Shown piece by piece: positions 1-13,889 of a stretch of DNA of 64,000 nt. The position numbers and the translations under genes were made by a program. Each line of letters opens with the position of its first letter. Within the stretch, counting starts at the first letter, position 1. Under the pieces are notes generated by a model. It had not been told where the DNA came from, made no database searches, and saw only the letters and a list, made by a program, of their open reading frames with translations. The stretch is from Macrostomum hystrix. Taxonomy: Eukaryota; Animalia; Platyhelminthes. The stretch is taken from assembly GCA_950097015.1 (NCBI GenBank), contig CATNEN010000007.1, positions 7,874,001-7,938,000 of the forward strand, written 5' to 3'.

Positions 1-265
1 CAGTTAGACTAGATAAACAAAAATCTGGTACTTTTATAACAAAAATTGCACAATTGAAGCATTGTGGATTAATTTTTCCTACCAGCGAGTAGTCTACATC
101 ACTTTCATCACGTGATCGAATGTTATAGAAGTTCTAATAATATTGTCCACTTTTACAAAACTCTGAAGATTTTACTGCCACACACTTCTATCTCTACTGT
201 CAGTAGGCTACGTCAAAAGAATTGCAAAACATAATAGAATTAAGAGGAAAGTTGGGAAAACTCAC

Positions 266-339
266 CCATGAACTGCGGTAGCAGCAGCCACTTCGGCATC
301 GCAGGCCGACTTGGTTGCAGTCAGAACTGGCATAGCCAT
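266..339 (-). CDS. Probable first coding exon (MAMPVLTATKSACDAEVAAATAVH...) of an unknown gene continuing left of the window
   Basis: GC-richer segment between a ttttttaacag acceptor (~433) and a GTGAG donor (265-261); ATG at 339. No recognisable domain. Confidence 0.4.
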
Positions 340-1490
340 GAGTGCACTGCCAACTAACTAATCTCCGTTTTGGTCCTTAAATGATACCAGCAAAGGCTGA
401 GACCTCAGGCTAGGATTTTGGCTGCAACTTTTCTGTTAAAAAAGAAATAGATATTTATAATTCTTGGCAGTTTGCAAAGTCCTAAGTTAAAACATATACC
501 GTATAAGTTGGCTAATCATGTACTTTTTTACAAATCAATGAGAAAAAACATGTTACAAGCAAAGCAAGAACATCTAAAAAATCTGTTGCTTCAAGCATAC
601 AATTAAAGTATTATGCAATAGTGTCAGTGAATCGAGAGTATAAACCTGCATAAAATTTACAAATCAGATTTAGCTAAAGCTATTCATAAAAATCACTTAT
701 TATTATTAATAAAAGAATTTACTTTGGTTTTTTCACAATTTTTGCTGAATCAGTTTAGTTTGTTTTGCCCAAATAGAGAAGGTGGAAGTCTGCTTTAAAA
801 ATTGGTAGAGAAGGAGACTGTACACTAATTCAAACTTTCCCACTAAGGGAAAGGAGCAATTCAGGGTCTAAATTTTGTGCCCCAATAAGAGTAGTGTTTT
901 ACCATAGCTATGGTTACAGCTTTGGTAAGTTACAGATATGGATATGTGAACTTTTATATTCTGTACCTACCTCGTAGTTCCTATATCTTGTACCTAGTTT
1001 CCTCAGCTTACTCATTTACAGTAAAGCCCTATGGAAATTCCAAAGCCACATGTAGAAATTGCCACAGGCACATGGTGTGAGGCCTTCTTTAGTCTCTGTA
1101 GGAAAAATTGACAGTTCTGGGCAGATTTTATTGAAGATTTGTGCAAAATACAGCAATGCATAGTGCCACCAGACAATAGCTATGGCATGCCAAAGGTGTT
1201 GCTAGCTTAGAGCCAAGATGCAAGCCAAAATGTAATCGTTCCCAGCAAAAATCCATAAACTAAAAAGTTTAAACCATAGGCCTAAACTAAAAATTCCAAG
1301 TGTCCCTACTCTAGCCCTTAGTAAATTTGGGCGGCTAAAGATTTTGAGTGGCTTTATTGTGGTGTTTGGGACTGAGGCTCACTTACCAATGATTTCAAAT
1401 GGTATGGGGGCTTCCACCTTTCACCCCAACCTATTGAGTTCCAAACTATGTAGGCCCAATATTTTTGCATTTCTGTGAGTAACATATATA

Positions 1491-1902
1491 CAGTGGCGCA
1501 ACCAGGGGGGACGGGGGTGGTGGCTGCCCCCCTTTGGCCTGCGGGGCAATGTACGCAAAGGGCAAGCCAAGATGCTTCTTAATTTATTACCTTATCTCAT
1601 TCCCTGTCCCCCAAGTCCAATGTACATAGACCAAAGACCAAGTCCAAGACCATTGGTCATATATTAATTTTCAAGCTTTCATTATAATTGTGTGTGCCTT
1701 CTGATTTCTTAAACCTTTTAAATCGTCTGGGCCCTACCCTACTGGCCCTTGAAATTGGCCCAGGAATGGTGGGCGAAAACTATGAAACAGAGCATGCTCC
1801 ACCTGGTGGCTGCCCCGCCCTTTGGCCTGCGGGGTAATGTACGCAAAGGGCAAGCCAAGATTTAGACTGCCCCCCCTAAGGCAAAACCTGGTTGCGCCAC
1901 TA
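1491..1902. mobile_element. hAT-type MITE
   Basis: TIRs cagtggcgcaaccagg / cctggttgcgccacta; near-perfect 8-bp TSD catatata/catatatc; internal ~55-bp direct repeat (about 1517-1573 and 1805-1861). Confidence 0.85.
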
Positions 1903-2144
1903 CATATATCTAAACATCAGTAAATTAACTGATTTAAGAAATGGTAGAGGAAGCTACAGGAGGTTAAACAGTTACAGTAAGTTATAGGAAGTTTTTGTAG
2001 TCATGAATATGAACACAGACAGTACACATCAAAATAGCCACGGCAAAATGGTCAGACAATATAATGGCCACACACAAAAATCAACTATGATAACAATAAT
2101 ATTAACAATTTCTTGCTGAAAAAAACCTGAAACTGGCATTTTTT

Positions 2145-2787
2145 AAGGCAGTGCTTATTCCAATGGTCCTGTGCCAATAATTTCAATTTTATCCACATGG
2201 ATCCATGCCAATAATTTTCTGCTTATCCACACGGCAGCTTGTATGAATAGGTCTACAACTTTTTATATATGCTGTGTCATTAATTTCAACTTTATCCACA
2301 CAGATCTATGCTGATAATTCTCTGCCTATCCACACAGCAGCTTGTTTTGCCTATAACTTTAAGAACTTAAAGCACATATTTTACAGGAAGTGTGTAGCAA
2401 TTATCATGTACTAGTTATATACAACTGGCCATAGATGTTTTCCAGAACTTGCAGTACCTATAGTAGGGCCTCTTTTAATTACAAGCAATGCACACATTAA
2501 ATTTCAAATAATCATTAATTTATAATAATATGTAAAATTGCTAACAATCACAAAAGAAATTGTGCTGACATTTGTATTGCACACATGCTTGAAATCTCAT
2601 ATGATGCACATGTGCAAATGATACTACTAATACTAAAAAATTAAAATTAATGGCACACCATATATAAAGAGTTGTAGACATATTCATACAAGCTGCATGT
2701 TGATATGCAGAAAATTATTGGCATAGATCTGTCGGGATAAAATTGAAATTATCAGCATGGGACCATGGGAATAAGTGCCACTGCCTT
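2145..2787. mobile_element. Old MITE/foldback with ~125-bp diverged inverted arms
   Basis: 2145-2270 (aaggcagtgcttattcc...gtatgaataggtctacaactttttatatat) is the imperfect reverse complement of 2660-2787. Confidence 0.7.
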
Positions 2788-3899
2788 TTTCTAAATAGGT
2801 ACAAAACTTATTTGCTTAAAATAAATATGCTCCTGCAGAGCTAGAATGGTTATTATGAAAATCACAATCAAACCTGTTTAACAGATTCACAGATTGAACA
2901 AATTAACAGATTAAAAAATTACTCTTCTTGCTTCTCAACGTCTCAATGTCTATCATTGAGTTGGAGACTAAATGTTGGAGACTTAAGTATTTATGCCACC
3001 TTTCAGGCAACTTCATGATGCATGCTCTTGCTACAGGTGGTTGGTTAGAAGTTTCTTGACCCCTATGCACCAAATTGTGCCAATAGGCCAAGTGTTTGGA
3101 CATGTCTAAGGATTTCTAGACATTATTGTAAGCTTAGGCCTAGCCTTAGAATTGTATGCTTTACTATCATTTTGCTAACAATTTTGTATCTTGCAAATTC
3201 AGGATAAGTAACCTAAGAGGGACTTTGTACAACGAAAAATTATTTAAAATGTAAGACCTTTTATTTTAATTTGACTTTACTTATGAAAAAATAGTTTGTT
3301 AGTTTTGATATAGACTTCTGTTAAGCTAAGGTTAGACATGTAGCTATCAATTAGCTAATTATATTATTTAAAGTAATTCATAATTACATTTTTATTCCAA
3401 TAATAATGTTATCGATAATTACATTATCGATTGTTAGTAAGTAAATAGTTGCAAGGGTAGTAAGTAATGGAAGTAATACTAGTATATTATAGTTTAAACA
3501 GACCCCAATCCCCAAGTTTAAGAAAAATGTGATATTCTAAAAAAGGAAAATAAAATATCCACATTTAAAAGCCATAAATAAATTGTCGATTTTCGCTATA
3601 AGATAATGCATTATTTTTTTCGAATTAGCTATAAGCCAAATTGTCCATGTGTTTTTAATACGACATTATGATATCATCGGGTATTTACAAATTAATTGTT
3701 CATTGTTTCCTATAATTATACTTTTTGAAAGCTATTTATAACAAACGCATTCATTACAATTTATTTCGGCATCGTCAAAATCAGTTCTTGCTGTGAGGTT
3801 CTTAATAACTCATTATAAAATGTATACTAAATTTTGTTCCTTTAACCCTTAAAAAACTTATTGTCAGTGTTAAATAGAAACTGTCGATATATTTTAGTA

Positions 3900-4170
3900 A
3901 TAGTTCGATTCTCGACTCCACTGGAACAATTTGTGTCCTTTAGCAAGACACTAATTAACTCTGTATTGCTTCAGTTCACCCAGCTGCTAAATGGGTACCA
4001 GCATCAGCTGGGATAATTGAAGGTGGGTGTGGCGTCCCCCCAGTCCGTGGACTGAACAGCTGTACGCAGCCTTCAGATGCGCCGCGCATTAGCTGCGGCT
4101 GTGTGCTGTCGGCTGCACATCTGACCCAATTGGGGCAGGTGTAATCAATTATTATTATTATTATTATTAT
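3900..4170 (+). mobile_element. tRNA-derived SINE with CORE-like central domain
   Basis: B-box gttcgattc, CORE-like gtgtcctttagcaagacact...cttcagttcacccagctgctaaatggg, and an (att)n tail; second copy near 16140. Confidence 0.7.
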
Positions 4171-5461
4171 AGTAATAGTAAATGAATAGTAATACATCGT
4201 CATGCATGATATTAAATTGAAAGCTTCTGATCGACTTTCTAACTTAATGGCTTTCTGCGACTACCAGAGCTTCATAATGACCTGCCTGGCTAGTTCGTTA
4301 AAATGTCTCTCAGAAAAGTTTTTCAGCAGATGAGGTGCTATACGCTCGTATTATTGTCTATATCACTAAACAGAAACTGAACCCGAATTTAGTGCTACTC
4401 AAAGGCATCTTACAGATACCTTGCTTAATGACCATAAAAATTATAGGTATCACAGTATTGAAATGTTACTATAGTCATCTTTAAAGCATGCTTCTTCAAT
4501 GAGCGAATTGTACTGCGTGAATAGACATCCAAATAAACATACTTGCTTATATTAAAATCTCAGTTAAAATAAAAGCAATAGCTAGCAAGTAAAAAATCGG
4601 GAATTGTTAATCTACAGACTTTTTAACTATAATCTACTCGTAGGTCATCATAAGGAATAGGCGATTGCATTTTTTAAAGTTTATTTCAGAAATTAATTCA
4701 TGCTAAGAAAGCGATCTGAATGCAGGTCAACTCGCACCTCGCCACGTGCTGAAAGATGGTCTAAGGCAGAAACAATCGCTTTACAATTGTAGGAAATAGT
4801 CAAAAGCAAACCGGTCATACTGGTTAAAATAAAAAAGCACAAAAGCACTTTAAGCTAAGAGTTTTAATTATAAGCGCTTATTTCTTGTCAATCGAAATAA
4901 CAACACGGACAAAATCAATTGCAACACAACAATCTGATGAAGCTATTGTTGTCCATGCCAATACAAACCCGTCTGGGGATAAAAAAGAGTTCAGGCTACA
5001 GACAAAAAGCTGGATTTAGGCTACGTGTACCCTTAGTTGCACCAGCTGAAAGTCGTACTTAAGCGCACACGCAAGTGTGTTGACAGTAAAAGCATTTAAT
5101 AATGTTGCTATGGCTTTAAGCGTACATATTTATATATTACAATGAAAAGAAATTGACCTAAAAGAAAAAAATTAAGAAGGATCTCAGCCTAAAGTGAAGA
5201 GCTAAGCAAGAGTTAAGGCAGTCGGTAGAACAATGGAATTACTGATGCTGCGGTTGACAGTACGCATAGTAAAATCACAAAACACTAACTACAATGATCT
5301 GGAAATAATTTACTTACTGCCTAATTGAAGAAGTGAAATTTCCAAAGCCTTGAAAGAAATCATGAAAAGCTTGTAGGCCAACTTGGAAATTTCCAGCTTG
5401 TTCAACCGGACTAACAAAACACAATGGAAAGAAGGAACTCTAGAATAAATTGGAATTCGTG

Positions 5462-7641
5462 TCACTTCCGCCGGCCGTGGATGAGGCTCAGCAGGGTGCA
5501 GCAGACCAGCCGCAGCTGCGGACAGTCTAGCTTCTCTAGGCTGTCGCCGATGCTGGCGAATTCTATGGCCTCAAATTTGGCGTAGGCGATGTCCAGGCGC
5601 AGCCGGCGATAGACTTCACCGACAGCGGCCACCCGATCCGGCTCGGAGCGGCCGTAGCAGTCCTGGAAGCGCGACAGCAGCGAAGCGGCTTCGTCAGCGG
5701 ACAGAGCGTCGCAGACGTTGCCAAGAGCAGTCCCGGTACCGGAGGCGGCTTCGCGCAGCCGGTCCAGGGCGGTGAGCGCCAGCCAGGAGCACTTGGCCTC
5801 CTGGATGTCCGTGCCGATCTTGCCAGTCTCAGCTGGATCGCCGTAGAAGTCCAAGTAGTCGTCTTGGGCCTGGGAAGTTAACGCAAAATAGGAATTACCA
5901 GTGGGACTACCAAGCCATTTTGCCGCCCGTTTTCATACTAAGGGGAGAAATCCCCACTGACATTTTTTTGCCAGCGCCCGACGGTCTGAAGAGCTGTCGA
6001 CTTGATTCGTGTTTCAGAAGATGCGCAACAAAAAGTTGGCCCATTATTTTGAGTTTCGTGCACTTGCGTTGAAAAATTTTCAGAGGGAAATTCCCCCCTT
6101 CTTGGTAGTTCTACTGGTAATCAGTTTAGCGTTTCGATGGAATATCCTTTATGCTACTACTAGTAGGCAGCAAGATAAAGATAAATAAACAAAGAAAACT
6201 GAGTAGGTTTGTTCATATGCTGTCAAGTATTATAAAACCGATACCAAACGTTTTTCTTACAACGATTAAGAAAATAAAAGTTATTGCAAATAAAAGAATT
6301 TAATAGAATTCCAAAGCGACTACTCAAATCTCGACTTCACTACTCGACGATGTCACCTCACATGACAACTCTGCACAATGGAGATTTCGCCGTCTTCACA
6401 CGCCGTGATTAGAGCTGTGCGATAATTTTAAATACCCGATGAGGCACGAAGCTTCACAGGCCAAATTTTCCCTCTCAAAAGACGCCCCCATGGCGCACCT
6501 GGAAATACTCGCCGATGCGCAACAGCAGCGGCTTGGCGACGTCAACCAGTTCTGGCCGATTGCTCAACAGCAGCGCCGCGGCTACGGGCAGGTGAAACGA
6601 ATAATAAGCAGTCTTGCGGCAGACCATTTCTTTGTAGGCTGGCCAGGTGAGGCCAGACACTCCGAGGCTCATGTCAAGCGCCTGGCCCACCGATGTGGTG
6701 AGCGTCACGGAGTGGAACAGGTCCAACAGCTGGCTGTACAGCGGGTGGCCGCTGTAAGCTGATGAGAGTAGCGCGTACACAGCCTGTGAATTGTGGAATA
6801 ATAAAAGGGGGAATTAACGCTGAGCTGGGAAACATTTTAGAAGTTAATTAAAAACCTTAGAGATCGCTACATACAAAATTAGGCACACTTTTACTTATTA
6901 AGTCAAAGTTTTGACTTGATAATTTTAACACGATACCTGTTTCATTCAATTGTGATTGATTTGTTCTACGGAGTACTGGTACTGGGACCGGAATCCAACT
7001 TGAATGTTCAAGGAATCCCCCTTAAGGAATGGGGGTAGGTGGCAGAGTGGTCTAAGCTCCTGGTCCGCATCAAAGGTCCTGAGCTCGAATTCGCATCGAG
7101 GCCGCATTAAGTTTGGGGCGAAGCTTGAGAGAATGCTTGTGGGCTTGCCATGCAATTTACGTTGTGTATGCGTTCGGGATTCGGCGGAATTGCCAAATGA
7201 TGTGCCAGTTCTCACAGCCCTTACTTCATTCAGAAAGATGCCATCGTTGACCGCCATGAGGCCGACGCCGTCATTGCGAAACCAGCAGGGTCGGCCGCGC
7301 CTGGTCAGGCTGTCATCCATGATGTCGTCGTGTACCAGAAACGAGGCCTGTAGCAGTTCAACAGCCCATGCGGCCGGGCAGGCAGTCACTAACTTGGCCT
7401 TCTGATCATTGCTGGCAAAGGCGGCCCAGGCGAACAGTACAGTGCAGCCACGAGTCTTCTTGCCATGCGGCACATTGTAGTCGAGTACGCGAGCCAGATG
7501 GCCCAGCACTGGGCTGGCATTGCTTGGATCAACCCTGGCCAGCACAGCAGACTTGACGCTCTCGAAGCTGGCATCCAGAGTGGTCAGCAGCTGCGACCAG
7601 CTGGGCACAGCACTGTGGCCATTTATCACTGCCTCACCCAT
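5462..7641 (-). CDS. FDPS: Farnesyl diphosphate synthase, 3 exons, ~369 aa
   Basis: Exons 7641-7225, 6783-6499, 5869-5462, all phase 0 with GT-AG. Motifs GKKTRG, FARM DDIMDDSLTRRG, KTAYYSF, SARM FQAQDDYLD, GKIGTDIQEAKCSW and a basic C-terminus GRRK. Confidence 0.95.
5896..6119. mobile_element. MITE in FDPS intron 2
   Basis: TIRs taccagtgggactaccaag / cttggtagttctactggta. Confidence 0.65.
7031..7106 (+). mobile_element. tRNA-derived SINE head or tRNA pseudogene in FDPS intron 1
   Basis: A-box tggcagagtgg and degenerate B-box gctcgaattc at tRNA-like spacing; no intact cloverleaf. Confidence 0.5.
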
Positions 7642-8772
7642 CTTATGTGCTGTGTGGCTGTGGATATCAATTTAAAAGAAAAATACTAGATACACATACA
7701 AATCTAAATAAGAAAATTAAAAAGTGCCCCAAATTATACAAGGCTAGTACACTTACACCTAACCCCCTGTGGCCTGCCTAGACAAAGTTTAGAGGACAAC
7801 TAGCCTGGTTGTGTCCATGACATGATTTAGCTTGTCACATTCATCTAGATAAAAAGTTTTTTTGCTTTTGTTTTTTTTCTTTTATTGTAGGCTTTATCAT
7901 TGCCATTGCCATCGCAACAGACTGCAATCAGTCCAGTGAGATAATTTCTTGTTGTAAACTGTTGTAAACTTGACATCTTAAGAGTTGTAGTGGGTATTAT
8001 AATGATGAGTACAATTCCTGGCAAATTCAGACAGAATTTGTAATTATGAGTTGATTTTAATTTTTATAGGTACATTTAGTTCATTTTCTCTTCTCCTGTC
8101 CTGCAGACCGACCTATAGCTAGTCTAACCTAAAGTCTAGGTAATAAAATGTTGCTTGGTTTTTGGCACCTGCAGCGCCCAAGTCAGCATGGCACCAGTGA
8201 CAACCTTTGTGACTGACCATCAAGCAAGCTCCTTAGGCATAGACTCTACCTAGAGAATAGTTTTGACAACTTTCTATACTGGCTAACCCATTAAAATGCT
8301 GTGCTATATTGTTTCTTAAATACCATGACCTGTTTTACTGCTTCAATAAACTTGCTTTTGTTTGTTTGCTAACAATTTGGGTTAAAATAATTTTAAGTGG
8401 CAAACTGGATATTGCCATTTATAATTTTAACAGTTTTTTCTAGGACTACGCGACATAAAAAAATTATCTTAATAGAGTGCTTAAATGTACTGAATAAAAA
8501 TAGCTAATTAGCTAACTATTTATATTATATTTATCACTAGCTTTTTTTGCCCGTTGTTTTTGGGGCAAAAATTTAAAGCAAAGCAGTAAGCAATTCACGT
8601 CTCTGTATTAACTTTATAGTGAAGGTCACCATTTATTTATTTACTGCATTAATGAAAAGTGAAGAGTTTGTTTAAGGGCGTTTTAAGTAAAAAATAAGTG
8701 AAAAGTTTGTCCAAACAGCCCCTCTTGATTACTTCTTTAGAAACATGTCTCTTAGCCACTCCTCTTTACAGT

Positions 8773-9047
8773 CAGTGGCAGATCCAGGAATTTTGTTTTG
8801 GGGCGGTCTGTCAGGGGAGCGCCATGAGAATCACAGAGGGGGTGCCAGCGGCCGAAAAAGGGTGCCAGGAGCCAAGAAAGGGCGCCAGCGGCTGAAAAAC
8901 GGGAGCCAGCGGCTGAAAAAGGGACGCCAGCGGCCGAAAAGGGGCGCCAGTGCTGCGACTGGCGCCCCTGGTGGGGGCATCTTATTCCCATGATTAAAAT
9001 TTAGGGGGGCGACTGCCCCCCCCGCCCCCCCCCTAAATCTGCCTCTG
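8773..9047. mobile_element. hAT MITE nested in the Helitron
   Basis: Termini cagtggcagat / atctgcctctg; 8-bp TSD tttacagt/tatacagt (perfect tatacagt in the copy at 63610-63882). Confidence 0.8.
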
Positions 9048-9173
9048 TATACAGTATGCATGTACACGCGTATACATAAGGAAAATAGCCATGGCATAAC
9101 AATAACAATGTCAAAGAAACAAAATTAAACTGTTTCAGAGTTCAGAGTTAGACAGGTCAAGGTCAATTCGTGA

Positions 9174-9830
9174 CTACTTTTCTATTAATTGCTTGCGAGT
9201 CACCTCAAGGCCTGGGGGATACAGCACATTCTTCGTTCTTCCCCTTGGTGCGAAAATGAATAGGCCAGCTGGAGTTCCAACACGGGAGCAGGCGACATAA
9301 AGCTGCCCATGCGAGAAGCAAGGAGTCTCCAGGTTGATGCCAGCCACCTTCAGCGACTGTCCCTGAGCCTTGTTAATAGTCATCGCAAAGCACACTCTCA
9401 CAGGGAACTGCAGTCGCTTGAACTGAAATGGCAGGTCCGTGGGGATAATTGGAATCCGGGGAACGAACACAGACTCTCCTCTGCCAGATCCAGTCATTAT
9501 CGTGGCCTCAATCACGTGTGGGAAGAGCCGCCTGACTATCAGTCTGGTGCCGTTACACAGCCTTGGCGCATTCAGGTTGCGGAGGAGCATAATTGGTGCC
9601 CCAACTTTCAGCTGCAAGTTGTGCGATGGAGTTCCAGGAGGATCTAGAGAGTTCAGAAACTCAACAGGATACTCCACAGCGGTGTCATCAGTCAACGTTG
9701 TATCAATTGACTTGTAGGTGAAAACTGCACCTGGCAACTCCTGAAGCAGTTGGTAGTTAATTTCGTTGGCGGCATCATTTCTAGGACACAGAATTGCCCT
9801 CTCTGACAGCCAGTCAACGTCAGCATATCG
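9174..9830 (-). pseudogene. Helitron RepHel PIF1-like helicase, C-terminal fragment
   Basis: WLSERAILCPRN, LKVGAPIMLLRNL, LCNGTRL, RLQFPVRVCFAMTINKAQGQS, FSHGQLYVACSRV; Rep domain and Walker A are absent. Confidence 0.9.
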
Positions 9831-12800
9831 AGAGAAATAGGCTGGCTGGAGAGAAATATCGACCGGAGAGCCCTGCGCACTGGGACGCCACCGCACTCAC
9901 CGCACTCAGTCTCAGTGCTGCTTGGGGGCCAGTAGACAGTCTAAGGGTTTGGGCTGTGTACATTCACGGCTTGAAATACAATGTACAGTCTGGGGCTTCG
10001 GCGCCCGGGGAAGGGAGGGGGTGGCTGTAATAAAATTTGTCCCGCAGAGTGGCGGAGGGGAGTTGGGGTGGCTGTCCTCGGAAAACAAAAAGTGACTCAC
10101 TTTGAGATGATGCAGCTTTGTTCTGGATTGAGTAGAGATGTTCAAAATTGACAGCATTGTTGGAAAACATGTAAAGTGTAAGTGGATCAAATTTGGAGAA
10201 AATCTGACAAAGTGGGTCGACGATATGTCGAATTGAGTGATTTTTTGACGATTTTTGAGCAGTTTTTTGCACTTTTGAGCAGGAAGGAAATGATTTTTCG
10301 GGAATTTGAGTAGCCTATTGCACTCAGCGTAGGTGGTTTTAGGTATGTGCAAAGTTTGGTGCGATTTGGTTGAGCGGTTTCGGCGTCTATAAAGACAAAA
10401 GGTTGCACACAGACAGACAGACAGACAGACAGAGTTTTCACTTTTATATATATAGATATATAAATATAAATATTTTTATTTATATTATATTCACATTCTA
10501 AAGCTAAAAAATCGGTTAGCTTAGCTCAGTTATTCTAGTGCTTACAGTAAAAATAGACTTATTTTCCCTTAGCAACTACTATTCCAATAGCCATACTTGA
10601 CATTGAGTCACATTGACTTCTATTTGACTTAGTCTTAGTAACAACTTACAAATGCGCACACCCACACTGGCCAAAAATAAAGAGAAAAGTATATTTAAAA
10701 TGTTAACAAAATACACATTGTGGTAAAAATACTGATTAGTACACTGTACAAGGAGCATGATGAGTAATGAGGAGCAATATATATTTATATTATAATTTCT
10801 ATACTGTATAAAACTTATAGTTATTGGTTTTTACTTTTACCCACGTGTTTTTGTCATTGTCATTGTCATTAGGCCCCTAATTTTCGATATCATCTAGTTT
10901 TCCTGTCGGATTGGAATGCACCACCAACACAGGAATATGGTGCGCCAATGAACTAGAAACTACATTAATTATAAAATGGGGTGTGTATAAAGCCAGGGCT
11001 CGGCTGGAGGTCAGTGGCATTAAAACAAAGTTTAAAGAATAGTCGGGCAGATAAGACGAAACATGAAGAATAAAAGAAATTCATATGCGTGTATTAATTA
11101 TGATTGCTGCATACTTTATTTTTATAATTATAAAATGCGTAGAGTTAGTATTCCTGGAAATCCCCTTTTAAATATAGCAAAAAACTATCCAGGCGTGTAA
11201 GCTAATTTCACGAGTAGAAACAGTGGCGTGAAACTACGCTCGTCGCAGAAAATATACATTATTCTTTTGATTAAATACAATAGGAAAATGTATAATAGTT
11301 CCAGAAATAATAGTCGCAGCTCTAAACAGAGTGAATTCTGGTCTACCCCTGTGAGAAGCACTAAGGACCCACTAGTAGAAGTACCAGTAGTCCTAGGAAG
11401 CACCTCGAAGCTGAAGGACTTCGCCGCGTGTCTAGACTCTAGTGTATTTTGAACGGTGGACCGGCCAGACAAAAAAACTAACATCGGTCTTATATACGCC
11501 ATATATACGCGTAGTCGCCATATACGACTTAGGTCACTTAGCTTATATTCCAATGCTTTTTCCCTCTCTTTTCTCCTCTCTTTCTCTATTCTGACTATTC
11601 TTCTTGCCACCAAAGGGCTAAGTTACGGCGCGTTGAGGCATGTGCCCTGCCCAGTCCTTACATTGACCCCCTGCCCGACCGCAGAAGCCGATCGTTGGCG
11701 AAACTTTTCTCGGCGCTTTTTCGTGCACGCGAGCGCAATGTCAGTCAATTTTCAGCAACACTTAGCAGTCATAGAGCAAGAGCTCAATTGTGCCTTAAAG
11801 CGAGGCGTAAAATATTTACGAGTATATATTCTGGGCTTTGTTATGTCGGCGCTTATGAATAAGTGAATTCCAAATTTCTGTGTGATAAACACCCTTAGGA
11901 CAGGACTGTATTAAATCGCAATTTGCAAACACCGCAACCGTCGAAGTCCATGCACGGCTTTTCTCGGCAAGATGCTCAACTATACGGTCGATTGTCGATG
12001 ACCATCGATGTGCATCTGGTCAAATTCTGCTCTTGACACCACTGCTGAGACAGCCACATCCGCGACCACATCAACCAATGCCCAAGTAGACAAACGCATC
12101 GTCCATTTATCGTAGAATGTGCTCGCCAAGCGGGATTGTTGCGGAGCAGGAGAGTTATTTTGGGCAGACTGTAAATGGCTTTTTGTACACACAATTCAGT
12201 GAAAGAAATGAGACGAGGAAGCCATTATAATTCGTGTAACAACAGTATAATAAATAATAAGACAAAAATTAAACTGTTTAAAATAAAAGAAACGTGACTA
12301 AGATCAGAGCTGCTATGATATAGGCAATAAAATAGCTAGTAAATATGATGTACTTCAGGAATAAAACAGCATGCTTTATATACACGAGCCTGTGTGAGCA
12401 AAATATTCATCGTGTACTTGGTGTGCCGAGAAATTCCGACGTGTGGAGAAGTCGGGGAGCAAAGCGTCTCCAATATATAGAAAATCTTGCTCGACTACAA
12501 ATTTGATAAAAGCACAGAGAAAAAAGCGCGACAGCTGTGGAAATAAAACAAGTGCAATAAAGCAAATTAATAAATAGAATAATTGTGCCTAAGATGGCAA
12601 CTGCAACTGCCAGTGAGAATATCGCCAATGGAACTTTAAGTCTACAACAATCTAGTGCTATAGTACAAATTGCAACATCTAATCTTCAAATAGATCCTAA
12701 TTGCTTTTGTCTAATACGTATAGAAACTACAATGTGATATCGAGAATACATTGCGAATACCATCACAGCAGTAAGCGGAAAGTAAGACTGTACGAGTTCA

Positions 12801-13889
12801 AAGTTCAACGAAGGACAAACTTCTTAGAGAGGCTGCGAGAGTAGCCATATGTGACCATAACTGAGGGCCCCAGGTGCAAGCGAGCACGGATGACGAGCTG
12901 TCGACCAGCGGCAAAAATGGGGGACGCATGTGACAGGCAGTGATTGCAAGGAGAATTTTAACAGGTAAAATAAGCTTAGCAAGTCTAAAGTATTTACCTA
13001 GCAACAGAAATCTCAGGAAACACGTGGGCTTGAGGATAAGTTGCAGGACTGGATGCAAAACAAATCGTTACCTCAGACAAAAACTGCAAGCAGAGAAGTG
13101 AAAACTGGCAATCAACTAAATCTAATATATAAGCAGTGAGTTGTAGCCGTAATAGATAACTAGTATGTAATAGTCAGCATGTGAATAACAAAAGAGGCAG
13201 CCCGCATTGAGAAATGTTAGCGGCAAGGGCAACTAAGTGAGGATAGCGCGCCGCATAACAGCCCTCAAATTTGATTGGTCAATGAGGGTTAGTGAGGGTT
13301 TACCAGCCACAATCCAAGCACGTGACTTAATGGTGTCAGCCAATCAGATATTGTCCTCATAAAACAGCCCTACCGTCCTGATTAGGTAGAGCGCTCATAG
13401 TTGCTATGCGCGATATGAATAAGTCACAAATAAGAGGTAATGAAGGAAAATTAAAAAACAGAAGAACAAAAAAACGTCGTTTAAGACAGCGGAGAATTAA
13501 CTTGTGACTGTAGTCGAAATATAGATTTTTTGCCGTAACAGTACATTAAGGTTGTCGCGACAGAAAATTATGCCAAACAGTTAATTAATAAATAATCATA
13601 AATAGCAGTAGAAATATAATTTTAATGTGGCTATAACTTTAATCTACAACTGGAGTCGTAAGAATTCATAGGAACACATTCGGCGATATGCTAACATGGC
13701 TACTTATAGTAATGCGCTTAGATATGACAGCGAAGCGAAGTTTTACCTCGTCTTAATAAACAGGGATTTCACGAAAGCTTGTTTTGACAAAATCCCAACT
13801 AACTAGCTTAGAATACCGATTTTCAGCCAGGAAATATGCGCAAACTAAAAAGGCTTGCAGAACTAGAATTCCTGTTTGGACTAGGGAGT

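Larger units (their letters stand above)
8537..10456 (-). mobile_element. Non-autonomous Helitron (1.9 kb, internally deleted)
   Basis: Minus-strand 5' end A|TCTATATATATAAAAG followed by (CTGT)n; 3' hairpin ttttgccc...gggcaaaa then CTAG|T; carries a PIF1-helicase C-terminal ORF. Confidence 0.92.

Noticed and set aside
7031-7106. Functional tRNA gene
   Set aside because: Acceptor and anticodon stems do not pair and the B-box is degenerate; treated as a SINE head.
9794-9850. Plus-strand peptide SLTASQRQHIERNRLA resembling an RPA32-binding motif
   Set aside because: It is antisense to conserved helicase codons (DWLSERAIL) and lacks an ATG; most likely coincidence.
10978-13600. A further complete MULE starting at gggtgtgtataa (10978)
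   Set aside because: No matching right TIR or TSD found and internal ORFs are unrecognisable; only a solo end is supported.
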